64,000 nucleotides of DNA from Oopsacas minuta. Taxonomy: Eukaryota; Animalia; Porifera. Location: the NCBI GenBank assembly GCA_024704765.1, contig JAKMXF010000365.1:558001-622000 (forward strand), written 5' to 3'. Positions 20,962 through 35,200 of this stretch are shown piece after piece (position 1 is the stretch's first letter; the number at the start of each line of letters is the position of its first letter). The notes beneath the pieces are model-generated. The model saw nothing but the letters and a program-made list of their open reading frames with translations. It made no database searches and was not told the DNA's origin. The translations under genes were made by a program, and so were the position numbers.

Positions 20962-23900
20962 ATGTCTAGTCGTTCCACTCGCTCTTCTTCCAAGAGTCCC
21001 TCCCCTCTGGGAACCCCTGGCAGCACCCCGACCACTTCAAAATTACAGCCTAAAAGAAAGAGACCTAGAGACTCTAAATCAAAAGTTTGTAAAGTATTAA
21101 TTTGATAAATCCTTAGTCAGTTCTAATTTCCTATTTATATAATTATTCCCAGTTTAGTCCGGTACAAGAAGAGATAACTTCATCTCTTATCTCTGAGGGA
21201 ATTAGCTCTGAATTATTCACCCCAGACAAGGACCATTTCCCCGGTGCTTCTCCCCCTAGCGCCCGTAGACGTACAGATGATCACCATGTGGAACAATCCA
21301 GCCCCTTACCACATATCAGCACCTCGCCGAAATCTGCCCTCCTTGGTATAGGAGAGTTCAGCTCCCCTCTAGCCTACCCTCATCCTCAAACAGGACTAGT
21401 ACGTGCTATCAAGGATATGGAAATTAGCTCTCCTCTCAGCTACTTCAGTGAAGGGCTGGGTCTCACACCCAGGAGGTCTGGTATCGGAGGCACACCCCTC
21501 AGACCTAGAGGGGATATTCAGAGTGAGAGTAGAATGAGGACTGTTACTATTGGGGACACTAGTAGTCAAGCTGACGTCAGAAGTATGTTGTATTTGTATA
21601 GTTATAATTCCTGTATAATTATACTTCTACTAATTAGGTGAGACAGCACAAATACACTCAGTTATCTGGGGTACTGATGTGAATATACAGGAGACTAAGG
21701 ATAGCTTCAAATCATTCATTAACTCATTTCAGACTGTAAATAATGAGATGATACGGATTGATGGAGATAACGGACCTTATTACTTACAGAAACTGGAGGA
21801 GATACAAGTACTAGAAGACCCCTTCCTGAATATCAATTGTGACCATTTATCAGCTCACAATCATAACCTTTATCTACAGTTAGTTAGATATCCACAGGAG
21901 GTTATACCAGCGTTTGATTTGTCTGCTAACGAATTGTTCTTTCATCTTTATCCAGATTCAGAGTTAGAGCATCAAATACAGGTACTACAATACTCTAATA
22001 CATCTCGTGTATACTATCAATTGCTGTTATGTAGGTACGTCCGTATAATGTTGATAAAACACGTAACATGCGATTACTCAATCCGGAAGATATTGATCAG
22101 CTGATCACGGTATCTGGCATGATAATTCGCACATCTACAATTATCCCAGAGATGAGACAGGCTTACTTTGAGTGTCACATATGTCAGAAGGGAATGACAG
22201 GTCTGGTAGAGAGAGGGCGTGTCACAGAGCCTTCAGTATGTCCGGGCTGTCAAACACTACACAGCATGCAGTTAATACATAACAGGTCTATATTCTCAGA
22301 CAAACAGATGCTCAAACTACAGGAATCCCCTGATGATATGCCTCCAGGACAGACTCCACACACTATAGCTCTATACGCTCATAATGATTTAGTAGATACT
22401 GTACAACCTGGTGATAAGGTAATCTATCTAGTAATACTGTCAACTCCCGAAATACCGCTTATATTGAAGCATTAAATTGTAAAATATGGTCCTTAACTGT
22501 CAAAGTAAATACATTCCATCGGATATATCGAAGTATTTATCATGGTCCCTTAAGTTTCGATATAGCGGGAGTTTACTATATTATATTCTTATCCTATGTA
22601 GTTGGCAGTTACAGGTATTTATCGAGCTGCACCATTACGAGTAAATCCCAGAACTAGAAATCTAAGATCTGTCTATAAGACATACGTAGATGTTATTCAT
22701 TTCCGTCGTTCCGATACAAAACGTCTACACGGGATGGATACAGAGGAGAATATGGCCCCATCTTCTGACCCCAATTCAGTTAGACACGGTCCTGTCCTTA
22801 CAGCAGAAAGGGTAGCAGAACTCAAACATCTCTCACAGAGTCCTGACATATATGAGAGACTTAGTAGAGCTCTTGCTCCTTCTATCTTTGAGAACCAAGA
22901 TATTAAAAAGGTATTTATATAATCTACTCCTCTTAAATTGGGTTTGTTCATTCCACCAGCTTGTAACCGTGTTTTAACTGTGAGGCTGTGTATCTATTTT
23001 ATTATATGCGTGTAAGAATTTATGATATTGTCTGTAACAGATACCTGCATTCAATTCTAATTCCTATCGTTATAATGAAGATAATGTATAGTTATTTATT
23101 ATATGTCTTGTAACCAAGCAAAATTAACTTTACATACAACTATCTATACATTGTAATATCCTTTAAATTTGCTCCACATTTGTGAATGAATAAATTATGT
23201 TATTAACTGTATAGGGTATTCTCCTCCAGCTGTTCGGTGGTACTAAGAAGGATGACCTGTTTAAAGAGGCAGGTAGAGGACAGTTCAGAGCAGACATAAA
23301 CATCCTCTTGTGTGGAGATCCTGGTACGTCAAAATCTCAGCTGTTACAATATGTACACAGACTTATGCCTAGGAGCCAGTACACATCTGGTAAAGGTTCA
23401 TCTGCAGTAGGATTAACTGCATACGTCACAAAGGATCCAGAGACACGCCAGCTGGTGCTACAAACTGGTGCACTAGCTCTGAGTGATAATGGTGTATGTT
23501 GTATTGATGAGTTTGATAAGATGACTGATAGTACTCGTTCTATCTTGCATGAAGTTATGGAACAACAAACTTTAAGCATTGCCAAGGCTGGCATAATCTG
23601 TTCTATTAATGCTCGTACTTCTATTCTAGCTGCAGCAAATCCTCGTATGTCTACATGGGATTCTAGACTAACTACTGTAGAGAACATACAACTACCTCAC
23701 ACACTCATATCTAGATTCGATCTTATATTCTTAATGCTTGATCCTCAAGACGAGCTGTTTGATCGTAGACTAGCTCAGCACTTAGTGTCTCTATACAATA
23801 TATCAGATACTGATAGTTTCGGTAATTACATACTACTGTGAAACATCCACTAACGGGAACTTCTGGAAGTGAAAATATATAGACCGAATTCCTAGTCCCA

Positions 23901-25796
23901 TATAAAAGACAGAAGGGAATTTATATGGGACTAGGAATTCGATCTAGAAACAGGGAAACGGGGTAGTATTTTCGGCCTCTCTGGTACCCCGTTTGTAGTG
24001 GTTACACTCTACACCAACAACTCTTATACTATATTATTACTTTATTATTCTAGAGACAGAAGATGTAGATATGCATATTCTACGGGATTACATAGCATAT
24101 GCCCGTGCCTATATTCAGCCTAAACTGATTGAAGAGGCTGGACAGTCTCTGATACAGGCTTATGTTGATATGCGTAAAGTAGGGTCTAGCAGGGGAGCTG
24201 TTACTGCGTATCCACGACAGCTGGAGTCTCTCATACGACTATCGGAATCTCATGCTAGAATGAGGTAGTTCAAATAACAATATTAAAATCCTTCCTTTCA
24301 TATTGAGTTGAATAAGCAGTACAAAATATTAGTGGAGATTGAATGATGCATAATATCTATTCGGCTTGCTGTACCATCTATAAAGTATAAATTATTCGTG
24401 TACTTTCCGCGGAAATATATATTTCAATTGTGTGCAAATTACCCGCAACAAATCTAACTAGGAAGTTATCACATACACAAACTTCTCTGATACTTATAAA
24501 ATGCTTACATCGGTTGTAATCTTTGTACTCAAACTAATCATTTGCATTAGTTATTAGCGAAAATACTGAAAGCGCAGAATTAATATTAATATAATAAATA
24601 TCTGGCAGACAATAGGAAAAGAGGTTGCACCAATAAAGAACGTATTGTTAACAGCTTTTATTGAAAATAGTCACCTGAATCCTATCACTGATAAAGTGTT
24701 AAATTTCACACGTACAGTATATCTCGTTAATAATGTAGATATTGAATATACCTTATTAGTCACTTCAAACAATTTCGAAAGGGATATCCATTCGGTTAAG
24801 CGTACAACAGCTAAGGGTACAACTGTGATAAAATATGTTACAGCTAAACTTATTTCTTCAACTCTCACTAGCATACACGTGCTACATGTAAGCGTTTTAA
24901 CCAATGGGTAAGCATGTCCATTATCAAATTTACAGACTTGTCCTTAAATCAATGAATCATTACAAATAAATAATTAATTGCGTGTATATCAGTTCATAAT
25001 ATACGTATGATTAGGAGGTATAAACTATGTTTATACTTGCCTTATTGATTTTACATACATTAAACACAGCATTCTCAGACAATTATTTGTAATTGATTGA
25101 ACAAAGTTTATCGTATTAAACTCAGGTTCACTTACCAATTGTTTATGTAGAAATGCAGTTTGTCTGTGACTTTGTTGGTAACAGACCTCTTGTATGATAC
25201 ACGGTTAAGATGTATAGTCTCTCAAGTATAGCTCTTCTGGGATCAAAGAGCTATTTAATCCTCATCTGTGTATACTCCGCGTAAATATGTGAACAGTACA
25301 TATTATTTGAATTATACAATAATATGTAATTTGCTTATTTATCCATAAATTAATTTCAATGTTATTCAATTACATGTTGTATCATAATGCAATTACTTTT
25401 GTTTGGTATATTTGTTGATCGAGTTTACAAGTTTATATACTAATGTGTAGGTTCACTCAAACTGTGGAACTTCATGACGTTGAAGAAGCGAAACGACTAC
25501 ACAGAGAAGCACTAAAGCAATCTGCAATGGATCCTAAAACAGGAATTATAGACATTAGCATACTAACTACTGGTATTAGTGCTTCAGAAAGAAGTAGAAA
25601 AGCTGATCTAGCCAGAGAAGTATTCAAACTGTTACAAAAGATGGAAGGAAAAACACAAACAATTTCTAAAATATTAACACATTTCCAAGACAAAACACAG
25701 AAGCAAATCACAGAGAAACAGTTAGATGATGCCTTGAAATTACTACGAGATGAAGAGAAGATAATGATATTGGGGAAACAGATTAGAATCTCTTAA
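20962..25796 (+). CDS. MCM4: MCM4 helicase subunit; exons 20962-21084, 21153-21582, 21638-21981, 22035-22418, 22602-22910, 23215-23821, 24054-24264, 25451-25796
   Basis: S/T-P-rich N-terminus, VIWGTDVN, zinc finger, [44 protein letters not shown]; all seven GT-AG introns are phase-consistent. Confidence 0.97.
22435..22580. mobile_element. Degenerate Tc1/pogo-type MITE in MCM4 intron 4
   Basis: TA-flanked imperfect TIRs (ctgtcaactcccg / cgggagtttactа-like, 10 of 13 match); internal CCGAAATA(A)CCGCT..AT..GAAG shared with 41109-41280. Confidence 0.55.
23885..23941. repeat. Perfect 22-bp inverted repeat with 13-nt loop (pre-miRNA-sized hairpin) in MCM4 intron 6
   Basis: cgaattcctagtcccatataaa (23885-23906) / tttatatgggactaggaattcg (23920-23941). 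Confidence 0.9.
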
Positions 25797-26210
25797 TTCG
25801 TTCAATAATCGTGTTATAGATATACAGCATACTATCACCAATATACACACGTATGTTTGTTGTTCAATGTAGAAGAAATGTAGTAGAAATTTATGTAATT
25901 ATGATTTTGTGATTATTTAACTACTTACATACGTAGACCATTCTGCTCTTATTTTAGATTATTCAACAACCAACTAGCTTCACAATACATCGTTATTGAT
26001 AATCTCTCGTGTAAGATTAATACTAGGTCCATGTATGTATTGTACAATGTACACTTTTGTCCAACATTGAACGATATTTCAATTATTTAGCTTTCTATCA
26101 TAGAAATGATATTATCACGATAATGACCATTTATATTACAGATCTATAAATGTTCTATCCCCTATTTAATTACACTATTAGCTATTTCCTGGACAGCAGC
26201 TGTAGACCAG

Positions 26211-29200
26211 ATGGCCGAAAATCAAGATACCACGTAAGTTAACACTTTTCATTATAATCCTCTTAATAACCACTAGAATAGTTTACTAAATCAATTATCA
26301 TATGTACAGTACATAAAATATTGTTAATAATGAATAAATTTATCATTTAAATAAGATCTCATATGTGAGAACTTACCAATATATTTACATTATTTACTTG
26401 GGAACTTGAGGGCTATGTTTAACTTTATGTATCAACTTATTTACTTAATGACTCTAAGCTTTACTTATGTCACTGACCTGACATAAAGAAGCGTATAATT
26501 TAATATTTGAATAAAATTCAGAGATTGTTACGTAAGATGATTTATGAAATTTTAGAATTTGCAATAGAACAATTGTGATATGGTCCCTTAGGCGATAAAT
26601 ATTCAAATGATAAGTGTATCTTACTCCGATGTCCTAGCGATCTAGCAAATGGGTGTAAATTAGTTTCACTATTGGTCAAAGTAGTACACCTGCAATATGT
26701 TCTTTGAACTGATTTTCAATTCTACAGATCTTTAGCTGCTAAAATATCATTTTGAATATTTTTGTAGATGTGGTGGGTAGCATCATTTTATCATTCTGTT
26801 GATTTTTGTCTACAAATATTGGCTCTTTTACTAGCTTGTCAGTCTTTATTTAACAAACTTAAACATTTTCACAAGTTATATACCTCGTATATTCAAACTA
26901 CGTATAGCATTATATTAAATTAGACAATAATTGCTCTTTACAGAACTTATCCTCTCTATTCCTTGAAATTGTCTGCGTGTAATTGTTGTACACACTAATA
27001 CCAGCTGTAACAACTGAAGCCATTAACACGTCACTCAAAATAATATTTTTCCGGAATCTAGTTGATAATAAGCTTACACATAAAGATAGGTTATTTCCTT
27101 CTCGAGACTAGTTTAAATGATTCTTCTCTTCCATACAATATACAAGTTATGTCGACACAATTAGCATTATATCATATAAACTTATTTAACTCTGTTATTG
27201 TCTTAGAATTCTGTCCTTGTAAGAAATTCATAATTACCCTATTCTTATCATTCTCTTATACTTACAATCATATTGAGATGATTGCTAAGATATTTCTTAC
27301 CGTTTACAGTACTTATATGGTGGTTCTTGAATTTGAATTTGAATTCAAAGAATATCACTTTACAAATCAGAAGAATTATTTTTATTTGAAAGTAGCAAGA
27401 TTTTATCTCTAGAATTTAACTGTTGGGGCTATCTGTACCAACATTTATGAGCAGGTGTGTGCCAATCTAGAGCCTAATTGTATAGGTGGTTATTGCTTAC
27501 TTCATTTAGAATTGAGTCACTTGTAGTATGTTGTACCGCCCAATCACGTGACTCTAATTCTATTTAGTTTGTAAGCTATTTATCTTCTTAGTGAGTCTAG
27601 ACAGATTTCAAAGAAAGCACAAAAGAAACAAGAGAGACAAAAAGCTAAGGACGAGCATAAGAGACAGAATCAAGACCAATTAGTAAGATTTATATTTATT
27701 TACATAATAAATTTGTCTTTATTCTGTTTATTATTGGGTCATTTGGTAATACAATTAATCAGCTGATATTTATCAAAGGCTATTGACTATCCATCAATTA
27801 TATTGAATCCTTGGGTTTACACTATCTCACAACTCTGTTATTCAGTGTATGCCCTATACGGCTTGTTACAATATTTGTCACACTCTATCACTGATAAATT
27901 AACCTCGGTAAGGAATCAACAAATTTTTATTCAGTAAATATGCCAGCAGATTAGATATGTGCTATCCACCCGATATTATATATAATTACAATTCTTTGAA
28001 ACCTGATTCTTAGATTGAAATTTAACATTTATGGACAAATATATTTTCAAAATTCATTGAAAAACCTGCAACTAAAGATATATATATATATTTATTTATC
28101 TGGGGATATTTTTGTTTGTTTGAGAATTTCACCATTCGTGGGTTATTGTTGACTATTAAAATGTCTTTAGTGGACTATATTTTGTGATTATTTGACTCTG
28201 ACTTAATTCTGCCATTTTAATATTTCAATAAGAGATGTTTATTAATTAAAAGTTCATCGTTATATGACACACTACACTAGCATTGATTATAACTAATGGC
28301 TTCAAGTTTCAGCTAACGTTATTCAATTTATATTTACTGTTGAATAGTGCAAGAGTTGTTAGGTGATTTCTAATTAATTAGCCTTAATTACATATGTATT
28401 TCTGGAATAATTACTGTGAGAATACTATAGTTGCTCTACTTTATAGTATTTACTAAGTATTATATTTCGATTGCGAATGCTTATACGTATCAGTGTTTTG
28501 AAATATGATAGACACTGCTGAATCAGGATTTTGACCTTAGCGGAATTAAAGCGTTGATCCTATTAACTAGAGATATTTACTACTATCCGCATGGTTCTGT
28601 TTCTAGGCAAGTTACCCGCGTTCCCGATTAATCGGAATATACCGTATGTGAATGAACCCAAACCATCCCAATTTATCATAATAACATCCTTCGCGTATGT
28701 ATCGACATCAAATATAGAGTTGAATGTATAAACATTTCATCTTAGCAAATTATGTAACAAAAATAGCAATTTTGAATATAGTGTATGAGTTATATTTGAT
28801 GTTTTGTTGCCATAGTTGAATGATATGTAATAATTTAATCCTATTTGTTTGGGGATTCTTCGATAATTATCTGATTGATAGCTTCAGACATGACTCTATC
28901 TGTTTGTTAATTCTTGTGTGGATTGAGTGAGATGTTTAACTAATTACTACTAATATTTGTGGTGTATCCCTACCTTTCTGACCTAGTGTGTGTACGATTG
29001 ATGTGACTGGTGGTGATACTCTAACTCTCTTCTTATAATTCCCGATTAATTTGCCCCAAGCTTTTTTAGTACTTTTTGTAATGACTGCTTCTGGAATTTG
29101 TACTTCTCCATCTTTCTTCAAGATTAGCTCTTCGCGATCTTCCAAAAACTTGTGTTTTTTGGTCCTGATAAATACGGTTTCGATTCTATCGTACTTGTTC

Positions 29201-32200
29201 ATTTTCTTCAACTGCATACAGTAGTTACTAACTGTGCTAGACTTGTTTCTATTCTCTATAGGTCGTTATTTATATAGTAGCCATTCTCCTATTGGATATG
29301 CTTACTGCTGAAGACAATACATTCATTGTAGCGTAATGTGCTTCTTACCTATCCTATTGTATTGCTCTACTTTGAATTGCAGGGGCAGTGCAAACAGTCA
29401 GGCTATGACCTGACCGATATTTAACAACTTCCACGCCCTTGAATTTAATGTCGTTTCATGTAACACTGTTTTTTTCGCATTTGCATTGGATATTTAGATG
29501 TTTTCTATTGTACGAAACACAATAGTATGTTTCCTTGAAGCTAGAAATTATGAATCTTGACAATGGCCACCATGACCACTATCACCTTTTCTTTATTATT
29601 GAAGTTGTTTATCTCATTCATTGTGCAATGATTCTATAGCTAAGCTTATTAGAAAATTGTATTATGAAGAAACAGAAACAAGGAAGCTAAAACTTGTCAA
29701 AAATACTTATATTAGAGGAACTCTTTCAAAATATTCCTACCTGTTCCTTGCAACAACTTGCTAATAAACGAACAGATCATTTAATACATTTACCAGAAAC
29801 TATGGAAATCATGTTTGTATATAAATCCTTTCCGCTCTTCCTAAACCCTGAATAGTTCCCAGCTAATAATTTACACGTTTCTAATAATTGTGTCATTGCT
29901 CTATTTCCTATGAAGCCTTGATGTATATTGATTATCTGATCTTGTTCTTATTATCTATATGACTTAAGTATTGATCGTTTATTATCATTTCTCTCAATTG
30001 TAAGTATGTTTGTTTTCAAACTAACTCTATGTCTGCATTCACTTAATTCTTAATTCTCATTTCAATGGCAAATAGGCAAACACATCAATTTTATACTTCA
30101 AAGTAAGTCTCGTTGCTTGTATTTCAGATATACAGGTTATCAGAAATACAAGCGCCATACATCTTGCTATAAATCTTCATTATTGGATTATTGCATTCTG
30201 ATTTGCTCTAATCAAAACAGAGTTATTTTCTAACCGACATTTTGTCTTCCAATCAACTATGAATACACACACCGTCATATGTGTGTGATTAGTGTGTGGG
30301 ATTTCTTCTAAGAAGTAATCCATCAATTCTACACCAGACTGGTTGGATGGTTAAATTGAACCTGTTTGAATTCTTCTTATCTGATAAGCAGGCTTCTAAC
30401 TGAGTTTGAAACTCGTATATTTATAGCCTACATTTAATAAACTTGTGAATTATTCATTTATTTATTGCTTCTGGCTTGACGTGACCAAAATATGAAATCA
30501 TTTTGTTTTATGGTCGTAACTTTATTCTTCACGAGTTAATCACTATTTGTTCTCTTTGTATTATAATCCCACTTGCAACTTTCTTTGTCAAACACTTCAT
30601 TATAATCTAATTGCTGGTTCACGCTTGTTTAGCTGAAAGGACAGTCAGAACAAGTTTTAACTGAGGTAAGCAGGAACAGGCTTTGTTATAATTTCTATTT
30701 GCAAAATTCCAATATTTTATCGTAATTATATTATATATTTTACAATACACGTAGATATATTTACAAACAATCAAACCTAGCCAGAAATTATTTTGTATTA
30801 TATTTAAAAGGATTTCTAATAGGATTATTCAAAAGAATACTATGGGAATACCTTGCTGAATCAATCACAAAGCAGACCAGGTAACTACGTAGTTTACAAT
30901 TTTAAGCAAGGGTGTACTATTTACTGCATCAGTCCATCCATGCCTCCATGGACTGTTGTTGTCCGAATTTGGGCCAAACGTGCAAACATGTTTCAAATTT
31001 CACTTTTCAAACATCTAGCATATCTATTTGTAAAACTCGTTGTAACTGGTGCATTTCGAATTATTCCAACTGCTAGACATAGATTCTAATCGTATGCGAA
31101 CTAAGGATAAATTCGCCTGGAGTACTGCCCATAACATATACTTTGGATTATAATTTACTACGAATTAATGTAGTGTTGGTACTTGTTTGACAGATATACG
31201 CGTATAACTAAGTGAATTAATTTATAGTGTACAAATATCAAATTAGACTCCGAAATTCTTTTTGTTAATCGGGTTCATCTTCACACTTTGTTCTGGTTAC
31301 TAGAGCAAGGGTTATAATGAACCTACATATCAGTGTAGAGGCAAGGTTAATTAGCTGAGTTCCTAATTATACTACCTGACGATTACCCTAACATTTTATA
31401 TTATAGGTAGAATATGGACAGAAATTAAAGAACTAGATTTAAGCAAACGAGACAGTGAAGTGTTGGTGAGAGGGAGGATGCATAATTCAAGAATGATAGG
31501 TGAGTATGATCATTGTAGTATTATATTTCAATTTTTATAATAAACCATATTTGGAATTACAAGATGTGTCTATTTATACTTTTGCAATATTCTCTGCTTA
31601 CTCCTCATCTAATATTTGGGTTTAGCCTCTTGGCTACATGCCGGATGCATAGCGTACTGCCTTGTTTCCGGCTTTCCCTTAGATTAGGAGCATATTATGG
31701 AAGGACATAGTACATGGATACTTTATCAAGCACCATGTCTCCACCTCTTCTAATATTACTTATTAGTATCTTAAAGTTCGTAAGTCCGAATTGATGAATG
31801 CCCAAAACCGATTTTTTTGCGGGAATTGTGTAAAACGTGGTGCTAACATTTTTATTTACGCTCGAAACTCACAAACCGTAATCTGTTACATTATATAGAA
31901 TGACTAAAGTATAATTGTAGAATGGTAGGATACATGGTAAAAATTGGGTCAGTTGATTGTACGTATATTACCAATTACTATTTATATTTCGAATTGATCT
32001 TCAAAAGAATCTTGTAACTTGTTGTCTCTTTCTGCTGCAGGTACTTTCTCGTTATGTATCTTCCGCAAGAAGTTTTCTATTCTGTGTATATGTCTACGAG
32101 TGTAATCGTTTGATGCAACTAGTGAAAGAACAATATTCTCTATTTTATCTTGATTTGAACTGAGGTTGAGTTGTTGCCTTTCTTCCTCGTCTCTTTGTCT

Positions 32201-35200
32201 CCAATATCTTCCTGCGCTAGGACGATAACTCGAGGTTTCATTCTCGTCATTTTCATTTTTCACATTCTCGTGTCTCACATTCTTCTTGAAAAGTGGTAAG
32301 TAGTAAAAGGGAATGAAACTCCAATCTTTGTAGCGAAAATATGTTTTAAGAAGTTCTTGCTTCCATAATAAATCCGCCTCTTTAGAAATATCCTCGTATA
32401 TCTTAATAAAGTTAGCTATAAGCAAATTGATTATTATGATGTGTGACATGAACTGCCAAACAACCAGTAGCGTAACTAGGGAGAATGTGCTTGACAAGTA
32501 TAACCATTCTGCACTGTAAGAAAGATTTATATTAGAATAATTGAGAGTAGTTAACAATGGAGTGGCCTCCTCTATGACGTCATCTCTGACTTCATATGAT
32601 CCGAACATTATTTTAAAAGTATCAAGGAATATCCAGAGAAAGTAATCCCATATACCTCTATCACTATGGAGCTTGCAAGCTGTTTGACTGCATTTCAGGA
32701 TATATTGAGCTACCCCGAATCCAATCATGAAGATAATAGCTAGAATAACTAATTGTATATTTTTCTTGATAGAGCTGATAAATAGGTGTATCGTTATTGA
32801 GAGTTTACGGTAGATGCTAAGAGCTTTTCTGAGTAATTCTATGAAGAGTAGTAAAGAATTAAAGCTGAAGAAAACCGCAGAGAATCTCCATGTAAAATCC
32901 GGAAGCGTTACCTCGAGTATGCGAAGAGGATACCCGATCATGAAAGAAATGTAGAAAATTAGTTTTAAGTAACCATCTGATCGATAAGGTGTGAATATTT
33001 TCATACATCTTTTTCTAGTGAATGACCTGGGATTTTTTTGTATGATAGTCCTCAGCAAGTTATCTATCATGAAAATAATCACCAAGACTCCATACACACT
33101 CAATAACCCAAGATATATGATATCAGCTAGTTGAGATGAGTTGTATGGTTCTGCTACTAGTTTGAGAGATAACAGACAGTGAAATATGTAGAATGCTAAA
33201 TGGAATAGAATCAGGTCTACCAGTAGCTTTTTCGTTACATGATAATCAATATTTTTCTGGTGTACATAAGTCTGTACCTCTTCTGATGATATGAACAGTC
33301 TACACTCTCCCTCATGAGCTATCTCTATGGTAGTACTCTTCCAGAAGGTGGAATATGCTTCTAGCCTCTTGTATTTGTTTTTAGAGATTACTGTGTATTT
33401 ATTCTTTGGTATAGGATTGTTGTTACGTAGAGTCTGGAGCTCATTAATCGCTAACGTAACTCCGACATTAATATTTCTTACTTTCGATTCGTTCACATTA
33501 TTTTCATGCACAATTTCCTCCTCCTTCAAAAGGCTAAGTGCTAGATTCTCGAAGTATATCTTTTTCTCTCCTAAATCTCGGATGGATTCAGACGATATTT
33601 CATGATCATTTTTGAGTAGTCGTATAATTCCCTCTAACAGTCTAGAGCCAGCTAATGCAGTAGTTATTTGCTCGTTAGTATGAGGATACCATCTCAATGC
33701 TTGTTCTGCTATGTCTATATTCTGTGTAAGAATACCCCAAATGAACAGGTAGAGTTGGAAATGCTGTTTGGAGTCATTTGGCTTGGAGTCTAGTTTTTGA
33801 TGGCTTTTAGGATGGTATATGTTCTTATACATTAATTTTTCTATTATTCCATCCAAAAAGGTTGCTGTGATTTCAAACTTATTTCCTTTCATTCCTAATT
33901 TCCTCATAAGATTCTGGAAATAATTTTCATTTCTCTCGAAAGATTCATTATACTGTTTAGACAAATATTCAAAGTTGAAGAATTCAATAAGCTGGGATTT
34001 GAATTTAACTTTGTCAAGATGTATACATATAGACTTGAACATAGAGCCAATTATCTGTGTATTTTCATTGTGTAGTGCTTCAGTCAGTGCTTCACCCAAT
34101 TCGTTACAAATATCTACGTCTATACTGCGAGTTGATTGAATAGATACAGGCTGTATGCCGCTTAATGATACAGGCTCTGATTGTGTAACAACATATTCAT
34201 CTTTGTATCCTGAGGTTATTTTTCTCTGTGGTGTATTTCTGATTTCCTCCAATTGTTCCGGATTAAAAGTTTTCGTTGGATCTATCCTGCATGAACTATC
34301 AAGTAGATAAGAATCTACACTATCTTTTACTGGATAGGACGCTCTATCTTGGTCCCTGTGTATAAACCGCTCTTTCATTAGATATTGCACTATCTTCTGG
34401 CTATTGCTATGTACGAACTCTTTCAACGGTACTTTCTGTATTATCAGTGTGAGTACTCTATCCATGTCATTATCTTTCAAATCTTTATCTTTAGTCAAGT
34501 AAGTCAACCATGCACCATTTGAACTTACCAACTCGATAGGTGTCTGTTGCATCTGAAAGTAATAGTTAGATATTTTCCATTTATGCAATTGATTAGGTAA
34601 TTCTTGTTTTGAAATCCAAATCAAGCGATAGCTATCATTATTCATGGTGTCATTTTGTGATATCATCAAACAAAGGTTGTCAATAAGGTCCTTTATCTCT
34701 TCCTTTGACGTCAACAAAGCATTGTACCGGTTCTTGCCAGTTTTCCTCAAGTTTGGGCTATCTGTGTATGCATTATCTTTAGGAATTGATATCTTGATGA
34801 GGTCGTATAAAGATGAGCTGGAAACTAACAAACTTTGTAAACATTTGTGTATCAGCAATGCTAGTTTATTAGACACACAGTTGACTACGATAATAGAGTT
34901 CATTATGTCCCCGAGCTTAGCAATGAAGCTAACTACAGCACCAATCATTTCTTTACCGATTTCTTCATTGTCTACATCTAAATAGATCACTCTCTTCCTG
35001 TTATGCAAATCCCACGTGTTGTAGAATGCATGTTGCATCTTCTCTAAGAATCTGACTGGGAGATAGAACGAGTTATCTGGATTGAAACTCTCTTTCAACA
35101 TGTTGTATTTTACCTCGTCACATATCTGTACCACAACAGTCTTGTCAATTGGTAACTCATATTCTTTGCTCATAGGTTCTGCCATTTGATCTATGTGATT

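Noticed and set aside
3746-23687. Many short antisense ORFs (e.g. 3746-4030, 5189-5482, 8602-9000, 18879-19409, 22697-22951, 23337-23687)
   Set aside because: They are shadows on the opposite strand of well-supported genes and have no independent motifs.
26769-27910. Exon-like hydrophobic frames ([13 protein letters not shown]..., [12 protein letters not shown]...) in DARS1 introns 1-2
   Set aside because: Could not be chained into a phase-consistent gene or matched to a family; likely chance in T-rich intron sequence.
29800-29900. SGFRKSGKD resembling the phosphomevalonate kinase P-loop
   Set aside because: The frame is only ~60 codons with stops on both sides and no further PMVK similarity.
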